Shown: positions 37,872 to 47,475 of the stretch, piece by piece | Numbering within the stretch: the first letter of the stretch is position 1 | Layout: each line of letters begins with the position of its first letter | Origin: Paecilomyces variotii | Lineage: Eukaryota | DNA: 64,000 nt | Strand: one strand, 5' to 3' | Assembly (NCBI GenBank): GCA_004022145.1 | Contig: RCNU01000012.1 | Made by a program: the position numbers and the translations under genes | Notes under the pieces: generated by a model | Database searches by the model: none | Seen by the model: only the letters and a program-made list of their open reading frames with translations | Told to the model about the DNA's origin: nothing

Positions 37872-39642
37872 CGTGCGCGGGACCGTGGTAGACAGCCAAC
37901 GTGTTCCGAGAGCACTGTATCTGGATGATGAGAAGGCAGCTCGTTTACTGCTCACCTTCAAAAGGTTTCTGGAGAGCGGTAACCTGAGGACAGACGCCAC
38001 TTTGGATATTATAGAAAAAAGCGATAAATCAACGGAGAAAAGGACAAGTATAGTAGGTACCGTGCCAGTGAGGGGTGAGGGGTACGACGAGACCGAAGAA
38101 GCGGGAGGGCAGCAGCACCAGCAACTCAATAGGACAAGACCTCTGTAAATATATTCGAAACCGAAGCCTCAAAGATATCTCCCTAACCTGATGATTCTGT
38201 GTAAGGCCTCGAATATTCCTTTTCTTTCTAGAAGTTCAGCTCCATCGTCAACCTGAGATGTACTCGAGCTCTCCAAGACTCCAACTCTCCGCACGGTGCC
38301 GGAGTCGGAGCCCCACTGCTGGCCAAGTATGAGATGTTAGCGCTAGATACACTTCACGAAGTCCTTGAGAGGAACAGCCCCGAAAGAGATGGGATTGGCT
38401 ACTTATCTTCAATAATTTGTACTCGAGAATAATAAGCATCGCAAACGGGCGTACTTAGCTGCAGCGAAGTTATCTCAAAATCAACGGCACAGTTGGTAAA
38501 CTATTGCTCCGTACGTTTGTCTTCAGTAACGTAGAGTCTGCAGGTCCGAAAAAGGGCGATCAATCATCAAACATAGTGACAGCAAACGGCGCTCGGCTGC
38601 CTGCATCTGCCAATTTTCTGGGTAAGTCACCGCTGTTTATTTGCGGTTAGAAGCGGTATGGTTACTTACATCTCAGATTCTACCTCGTTGCTATCTGGTC
38701 TGTTCAAGCCAAGCTGTTATAAGTCGTCGAGGACCCAATTCTCTCTCCTAGATCAGTGCCTTGCCTCTGTTCATTATTGTACCGCAACCTGTGGACCATC
38801 AATGAAACGAACCTGGAGAGGATAGTTGATTTAGCCCATAGATACGGAACAAACGGCACGGTGGTCTCGAACGATGAGTGGACAGAAAGACCAGCTTTGC
38901 TGCCGCCGTCGCATTGACCACTGCCAAAAAGTATCCAACAGTCATCCTCCGCCCTTGGCGTCCATGGGTTATCTCGTTCTCTGTGCTTGTTTCTCGGTAG
39001 TTAAATCAAACGTCGAAATGGAGTTTTTCGGATATTTTTCCTGGCGGGAATCGTACTCTGTACTAACTGCCGCGGTTCTTTCCGCTCTCAGTCCCGCTGG
39101 ATAAGAGTACAGCCCGGCAAGAGCTAGTTACACCGTACACCGTACTTCACAGATGTGATTCCAGTCTGGATAGGAAAGGTCTAATCTGATCCGGCGTGAA
39201 GACGCCAATTTAGCGGAATTCACGGTGGGGACCTTTTGAGGCCTGAAGACCACGCCTGCCTTGTATGGTCCCGGCTTGATATTGACGCGATTCCTCCACT
39301 TTTCTATTTCTTGCCTGCTTGTTCTCCTTCTGTACGTAGCACAGCCGTACTCACGTATTTCGTCGGGGCCTGTTGCTCTATTTCTGCGGTGGATGGTCAT
39401 CCTGCAGTCGACTGTTATATGTATATCGACTGACCTACTGCTGCCGCTGGTAGACCGACTCATTTTGTCATCTTTCCGCCAAGGCATATCTTAAAGATCC
39501 AGAGATATCCAGCTTACCTGTTGAAAGTCCCCGTTTCTCAACCCTCCTTGCCTGCTGTGATATCGAATACAAAATTTGTGTCTGCGATAAGATAACCGCT
39601 GTACTTTCGACCTGGAAGTAAACAGCGGGTCCTCAGCTGGAG

Positions 39643-41425
39643 ATGGACAAACATATGGGCGTTTCCCCGCCTCAGGCCATGGCCAGCGATGAGGAGAGAG
39701 CAATGCATTCGAACGGAATCTCAGAAGAGACTGACTCGGACACACATTCGATATCCCCAGCCTCGAGTCTTCCACCAATTCTGGAGGGTAAAAGCCCCGA
39801 AGATGCCTTCCCTACGGAGCGGGCTACCTCGATATATGAAGAACCTATTCCGGTGCCTCGATCTAGGCGTCGAGGTCTGTTTGCCCAATTCACTCTCCTG
39901 GCAGAGGTCGAGAATCCCAAGACCTACCCGCGGAGGACCAAGTGGTTCATCACCTTCATTGTGGCCGTGGCGGCCGCAGCAGCACCCATGGGGAGCTCAA
40001 TCTTCTTCCGTAGGTGACCCGGTAGCTATCCTTGAGTCTGTTCGGTGCTGATGACGCTGGAATTTAGCGTCTCTATCTCAGGTAGCGAAAGATCTAAACT
40101 CCACGCCTACTGTGACAAACTTGTCTATCGCCCTGTACATGCTCAGCATGTCTATTTTCCCACTGTGGTGGTCGTCATTTAGTGAGGCACTTGGCCGACG
40201 GACTATATACCTTGTGTCCTTCGTGCTATTCGCGGTATTCAATGTTCTATCGGCGGTTTCGACTTCCATTGCGATGCTCATCGTTTTCCGGATGCTGAGC
40301 GGCGGAGCCTCTGCATCAGTCCAGGCCGTTGGAGCTGGTACGATTGCGGACCTCTGGGAGCCGCGGGAGAGAGGAAGAGCGATGGGCATATTCTATCTTG
40401 GTCCGCTGTGTGGGCCCTTGTTCGCCCCCATCATCGGTGGTGCTCTGGCCCAGCACTGGGGCTGGAGAAGTACGCAATGGTTCTCGGTGATCTATGGAGG
40501 TGTGGCTTTGCTGTTCATCTTCGTCGCTCTCCCGGAGACTCTTGTGTCGCGCAAGACCCCTATCGTAGAAGTGGAACCAACAGTGCCGATGGAGCGACCT
40601 CTCAGTCGGGTATCTTCTCGACAGGTTTTGCACTCGACAACTCGAGTGCTGAAGGCACTGAAGATAGTTATCCTGGATCCTCTCAAGATCATCTTGTACC
40701 TGCGTTTCCCGCCTGTCTTGCTCACGGTGTACTATGCAAGTATCACCTTTGGGTCCTTGTACGTCTTGAACGTCAGTATCGAGGATTCCTTTGGAAAACC
40801 TCCTTACAACTTTTCCACGATCATTGTAGGCTTGCTTTACATTCCGAACTCCCTAGGCTATGTGACCGCAAGTCTATTCGGTGGAAAATGGATGGATAGC
40901 ATTATGCAACGCGAAGCGAGAAAGGCGAACAGATATGACGAAAAGGGCAAGCTTGTCTACCGTCCCGAAGATAGGATGCGCGAGAACGCGCTGCTGGGAG
41001 CTATTATCTATCCCGGTGCTCTTATCTGGTACGGTTGGACTGTCGAGCGGGGTGCCTTCTGGCTGGTCCCGGTGAGTATTCATTCCACCTGTTTATCTCT
41101 GGGAAATCAATGGACTAACGAAATCTAGATGATTGCTAACTTTTTCTTTGGCATTGGCTCAATGCTCATCTTCAGTATGGCAACAACCATGCTGACAGAG
41201 TTTATGCCCAAGAAATCATCTTCCGGGGTCGCGCTGAATAATTTCATGCGTAACATTTTTTCATGCGTTGGCTCCATCGTTGCCGCTCCTATCATTAATG
41301 CCATTGGCAATGGTTGGCTTTTTACAATTCTCGGGTTGGTTGCGATCATCAGTAGTTCATCGCTCCTTTTTATGAGGGTCTTTGGTGCTCGATGGCGACA
41401 GAAGATGGACGGGCACATGAACTGA
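39643..41425 (+). CDS. MFS multidrug transporter, DHA1 family (Qdr3/Dtr1-like)
   Basis: EVENPKTYPRRTKW, SEALGRR, VGAGTIADLWEPRERGRAMG, GPLCGPLFAPIIGG..WGWR and PEDRM; introns ~40010-40067 and ~41072-41128. Confidence 0.92.
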
Positions 41426-42619
41426 TTTTGGGTCTCTCGAGCCCATGCCTGCGTTACTGCGTCAGATAAGGGTTCATGCACTCAGCATACACTGCCACGA
41501 TAATGATGGCGTTTGGATTTCTTTCAATGTGTGCTTTTTTCTCTCCTGCATTTTCCGGCTTTTCCATTAGTACCATCACCCATGAAGTACGTATGTGCAT
41601 CATCACGAGCAGTCACGCAAGCATCGTGGTTTCTTTTGCGGGGTTCACTTCAGGCGCACCAGACGGCTAGGGAATAGATATTCTTCTTTTAGAGGTGCTC
41701 CTCGGCTTTCTTCACAGATGCACTTCCAGTCAAAGGCGGCGCTTCGCTGTAGCTCTCGTTGGGAAGCTGAGGGAAAAGGCACAAACAATTAGCATCTTGC
41801 GTTCATGTGAGCGAGACTAGCTAACCTTTACTGTCAATAACATTAGATCACCAAATGGAGACTATCTGGATTCAATTTTCTGCCCGTAAGTGAGTGGATT
41901 AATGGAAAGAAAGGGATTTTCTCAAGGGCTACCCGCGGACATAACCCAGTCAGCTGAGGGCGGGCGTCTGGCCCCATTCATTGACTACCGGCCTAAAGCT
42001 AGTACGTAGAACTGTAAGACACACCTTATAGAGTCCCACGTTGTAACGGCCTTATTATTTGCCCCTTTTCTCATATGGTCATCTTCTAGTCGTCCATACA
42101 TACTCAGGAGCAACCAATCCGATCTAGAGGTAACCCGTACTGAAGCCACGACATACATATCCACTAGATATCTAGATAGTATTCTTCTCATACTCGTCCC
42201 GTTTGAGGCGTAAGTTCAGGAACTTGCGAATGGCAAGTTCATCTACGCGATATCAGGGGTGTGCAACGGGGCTGCAGTGCGTGGGAGAAAATCGCGCTAT
42301 GGGAAGATGACAGGGACTAGAAACGTTATTTCATGTCGTTTTCAAGTATTCATATTCAAAGTATGCATGGTGTAGATCAGGTAAATATATTTTATTATTA
42401 TATTTATGTTAATTCTCCTATGTTAATTATATCCAATCCGACTCGGTTATCCGACATCGGATACCGTTTTAGTAAATAGTATTCTCAAGCGTGTAGTTGA
42501 TATGATCCTTGAGCTCTGTTTCTTTTTACTTCTTGTCCGGAAAAAGGTAATGCTATAATTACTGTTTTAGGCTGGTGGAACGGGAGGTATGAAGAGGGGT
42601 TATCTGTTCAAGGTAAGGG

Positions 42620-43050
42620 ATGGGTGGTGTCAGGATAGAAAGGAGTGATGGTGGACCAAGCTTTTTTTTGATCATCCGGCCAATTCCTACGCTGTGTGCA
42701 ACAGTAGTGAGAGTTAGCCTTAGTTGCAACTTATTCGTCGTCCAATGTCAGGAGTCTCTTGCACGATGCAAATGGCAATTGGTTCAGACGGCGCCGGAAT
42801 TGTTCCGTAACGAGTCAATCAAAGCATGTGCGGAGAGGGTGCAGAAGATAAGAGCTCATCCCATGGATCTTCCCATAAACGGCAATATATGGCTGATCCA
42901 AGCGTTACGGATGCGTTCTGACAGGACAAGGGACAAGAGGGGTTTATGTAGGAGAATCCCGGTTGAGACTCGGAGAAGGTGCTGATGCGATTATCAAGCT
43001 GACCTCAGCCAGTAATAGACTCACGCAGACATGTAGATCTATCAGCAAGC
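42620..43050 (+). pseudogene. Possible decayed SDR oxidoreductase remnant
   Basis: Fragments ESLAR...APELFRNE...RAHP.DLP and PG*DSEK/GADAIIKLTSA, broken by stops and frameshifts, resemble the C-terminal half of 17beta-HSD-like SDRs. Recognised by eye only. Confidence 0.3.
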
Positions 43051-44222
43051 TCGGTGGTGCCAGCGTCTTGGCCGTTTTGCCTGTCAATCCCTGAACGCCG
43101 GCATAATCTTAAAGTCACATGCTGGGTTCTTTTCCCAAATAACGATCTGGCAGCACTGTCGAAAAGAGGCGGGACCGTACGTGATACATCACCTGTGATG
43201 CCCGACCAAGGAGGCAAAAGGATTACCACAACGAAAAGCATGTAGCCCCTTTTGTCCTTCTGGTTTCGATTTCTTAATTTTGGCCTTCCTTTACTCCCAA
43301 TTGAGACCTGATGTATGTGCCACGTAGAGACGAAGTTCTAATTGATGTGATCAGTCGCCACAATTGGTCTGCAACGTATTGAAACCGGACAACAGAACTG
43401 TGATGGCAAGAGGGACTTTTTTCGGGTATTTGACGGGTCAGAGAAGGTGAAGCATCGAGAACCACCGGAAGTTAATGCAGCAGTTCATCTGATGACAGAG
43501 TGCTCATTCTGTTGCATATCGCCACACCGAATGCATCCATTTGCACACTTGCATCTAGGTCGTCATGCAGTGATGCTCCAATGTGCCCGAATATCATGTG
43601 TACGCTACAAATCCCATCGCGATGGGCTTTGAGACTGGGCTTCCATTGGACTGCCATTTTGGGCTCTTCTCGTCGTCCAATTCCCAAGCCGTTTCACAGA
43701 CGCCTAGAATCTGAGAATAGACAAAGTCTAGACTGATCCATGTTGAGCACAGCCTTGTATACTCATCAGCTCTGGGGACTGGATGTGAACGTGTCTCGAC
43801 AGATGAATAGAGGAGAGAGAAAGAGCCGTATCGAAGCGCCCTCAGACCGCGCTGGCCGTCTGATCTTCGTTTTGCCTCGACTTCACGGCCACTGTGTGGA
43901 ATGCGCCCACGCAGGAACCTACCTCACAACGCCCGAGAACTGGACGGATTGATCGCCTTTGGCTTCACTGTTGTTTCTGCAGGGCAGAGAGTGGCCACAC
44001 CCCTGAAATTCCTGTCGCTGGATCTGCGTCTCATCTAGTAAACGTGAGAGCATTCTCCAGTGCTCACAGAGCGTGAAGCCCACCGCGGGGGAATGGTGTG
44101 TCGTCTGGCAAGTCATCTCTGCGTGTCCGGTACTAGGTAATTAATTGATTGATTGATTGATTATTATTATTACAGTAATGCTGGGACAATCATCGAGGGC
44201 GGCCAATCTGCGGTTGCCAGAA

Positions 44223-46215
44223 CGGTTATATGGGTCGCGAGGTCGCGAGGTGGCGTCTCGCGAGGTCGCGAGGTTTTTGTTACCAGTAGGTTACTGGTAA
44301 ATTATTATTTTATATTAAAATTATACTAATATATACTAATAGAGAATAAAATCTAAAATTTTTAAATCTCGCGGGGTGGTAAGTACAGGTAAATCTTATC
44401 TCGCGGGGCGGGAAGGGGGAAGGGGGGAGTGGAGACGAAAGAGGACGAGGGAAGAATGAAAAGGCTGAAGAGCGAGTGAAAGAGCGTGATGGAGAAAGGA
44501 CGAGGAGACCCACCCCCCGCGAGACGAAGGAAAGAACGGGAGAGCGGGAGGAAAAGGAAGCAAAGACAGGCGAGGAGGGCGACTGAAAGAAAGCGGGAGG
44601 GGACGAAGAAGAGGGAAGATGGGGAAGAAAGAGGAAGAAGAGAGGAGGATAAGAGGGAAGAGGAATAGTAGGGAGGAAGGAGTGATAGTAGGAGGAGTGG
44701 GGACGAAGAAAGAGGGAAGAGAGGAAGGGAGAAGGAAGCATGAAGGGGAAGAGGAAGAGAGGCGCGCGGTGGGGGCGAGAGAGAGAGAGGAGAAAGAGAA
44801 AAGGAGAAGGAGAAGGGGAAAGGGAAAAACGAAGAAGAGAGGAGAATGGAGAGTAAGAGAAGGAAACGGGAAAGAGGAGAAGAGAAAATAAAAATAAGCG
44901 AGAGGAGGACGAAAAGAGGAAAAGAAGGAGAAAGAATAGAGAAAGATGAGGAAGAAAAGGGAAAGAGAGGAAGAGGAGGACAAGGATAAAAGAGGAGAGA
45001 GGAGGAAGGGAGGGAGGGGAAGGAAGGAGGGGGAAAGGGAGTAAGAGAGAGAAAAGAAGAAAAACGGAGAGGGGGGAGAAAGAGGAAAAGAGCGAGAAGG
45101 AAGGACGAAGGAGAGGAAGAAAGGGGAAAAGTATGGAAGAGGGACGAAAAAAGAAAAAGAATGAGAGAAGTGAGGGAGGGAGGTGTGTGGATAAAGAAGA
45201 TTGAGGCGGAAAGAGAGAGAAGGAAAAAGAGGAGAAGGGGGATGAGGGGATAGGAGGAATGGAGAGGAAGAAAGGGGAAATAGAGGAAAGTTTCGAAAAT
45301 AGGAGAAAAGAAGAAAAGTAGGATGTGATTGGAGATAAAGTGAAGAGAGGGGAAAAGGGAGGAAGAGAGGAAAAAGAAGAAAATGATGAGTGGGGGTAAA
45401 ATGAAAGGAGCGAGAAAAAGGACGAATGAGAAGAAAATAAATAGGAGGGACAAAAAAAAGGAAAGTAAGAGACGCGGGGATAATGAATAATAGAATATAT
45501 TTAAATTATGATAGAATTAAGTATTAGATAGTTTAATATGTACTAGGAATACTATTATATGGGTAGATTATAAGATTTAAAGTTTAAATTATATTAATAT
45601 AAATTATAATATATTATTCGTTTTAAATTTAAAATTATAATTATACTTTATATATTTATAATATATATATATAGAAAAAAAGAGAGAATATATTTAATCT
45701 TAAAATTATTATTAATTATAACTTAATATAATTAAATATTATTAGTAAAATACTAATATATTAAATAATTACTAATATATATTAATAAATATTAATATAT
45801 ATTAATAATTTATTATTTAATATTTATTAAAAAATATTAAATATTATTAGTAAATCCAGATTTATTTAGTAGCACTAATAGCCTGTATTTGCTTAATTTT
45901 AATACAGATCTAACAGTTATTTACCTGGTCTCGCGGGGTGGTATAATTGTAATTTATAACTAAACTATTTTAATTCTATTAGTAAATTTAGTAATATCTA
46001 GTATAAAATACAGCAATTACAATCTTACCGCCCCGCGAGATAAGATTTACCTGTACTTACCACCCCGCCAGATTTAAAAATTTTAGATTTTATTCCCTAT
46101 TAATATATATTAATATAATTTTAATATAAAATAGTAATTTACTAGTAATCTACTGGTAACAAAAACCTCGCCACCTCGCGAGACGCCGCCTCGCGACCTC
46201 GCGACCAACCCACCG
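44223..46215. mobile_element. Non-autonomous foldback / long-TIR DNA element, RIP-like AT-rich, 8-bp TSD
   Basis: TGCCAGAA is directly repeated at 44215-44222 and 46216-46223; ends are CGGT...ACCG; clean inverted repeat 44233-44411 vs 46028-46206, extendable much further inward once T>G is allowed; no credible ORF. Confidence 0.88.
44412..45470 (+). repeat. ~1 kb A/G-rich tract that is the T>G (and C>A) rewritten arm of the palindrome
   Basis: Almost no T or C on the + strand; aligns to the reverse complement of 45481-46027 after T>G substitution. Confidence 0.8.
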
Positions 46216-47475
46216 TGCCAGAACATCGCGTCGTCCCGGTCCGCCGCCTCACCCGCTAGTCCCGATGGGGGTTGGCCCAAGCGTTTCCCAAGTCAACCTC
46301 GAGTCTCGTTCTCGAAGCTCTCTGCTCCCTTCTAGTGAAGCTGCCTCCATCGGTTTGCCTTGCAATTCCAGACTTGAGGATGTGTTCAATGCTACAGACA
46401 CTTTCTGAAGCCCAATGCTTGGGTTATCTCGCGCTGTGCCCTGACCGCAGCGTCATCGTTTACTTCGTGGACTCACCGATATAGTTCCCCATCGAGTGGG
46501 GACTTTGATGGATTATCGTGCATCACTTCGCACAATGACGCCCAGCCTCTGGGATCTCAAGTGCTGCGTATCACAGATCACTTTTCCCTGCATTTCTGTG
46601 CCCACTATACTCCCCCGGATACTGTCCTAATTGGCCCTGTGGCCTGAGGCGTTGGGCAGAAACCCCGTGGCATCCGCCGCATGAACGAGCACTCCCTCCG
46701 GGGTCGTGCTCTGTACTTAGCAGCGAAACACATATCTCATGATGCGAGATGCAAGGAATGGCCTACTGCACAGGAATTGATCTTGGAATGATCTCCTATC
46801 TGCTCATTTCTGCCCCTCTCTCAGAGGGGTAGGAATTTATATCCCCGATATCCACTCCGATACAACTTAGCGGGCGGTCTCCACTAATCAACTCTGTGGA
46901 GTATTCTCTACCTAGTACCTAGTGTACCTACTGCTTCTTTGCAGCTTCATAGTTACCAATCCTGTTCAGGCAGCGTTCAGACCTAACTACTGCAGCTTCA
47001 CCTGCAGGCGGAGTCATCACCCTGCTGCTCGTCTCCGCCCGATCTTCCGTACTTGACCGGAACATCCATATGAACCCATCGGATACTGAGACGTGGCCCA
47101 ATGGCATCGATTGCCCCGGCAATTGCTCCATTATGTCATGGCAATGGAAGCTCATTGCAGCATCTCCCTGCTCATCGCACTAGCTAACAACTGCAGGATG
47201 GGTTGCTTTGTGTTTGCGTTCGCTGAAGCCCAGCGGCCCGGGTCAGCGTAACTAGCATGTGCTCCGCTCTCCTCTAGTTTCCTGATATCTGAACGGACGC
47301 CCTGCTGTCGATATCGTCCTCTCCCGGCCCTGTATTTCTGTTTCCTGTTCCCCAGAGGCTCGCTGTGTAACAGCTTGCAGACAATTCTTCCTATCTCATT
47401 GTTCCGATCTGGTTGCCACGCGAAACTTCCGAGATAGCCTGCAGCGTCGTAGAGGCTCCGTCATTCGTCGCGGCA

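Noticed and set aside
38200-39500. Short ORFs and splice-like signals between the methyltransferase and MFS genes
   Set aside because: I could not assemble a coherent reading frame or recognise a domain; treated as divergent promoter/UTR sequence.
44310-45453. Long minus-strand Phe/Leu/Ser/Pro ORFs (363, 195 and 143 aa) and plus-strand Lys/Arg/Glu ORFs
   Set aside because: They arise because a strand nearly lacking A and G (or T) cannot form stop codons; the tract is a rewritten palindrome arm, not a gene.
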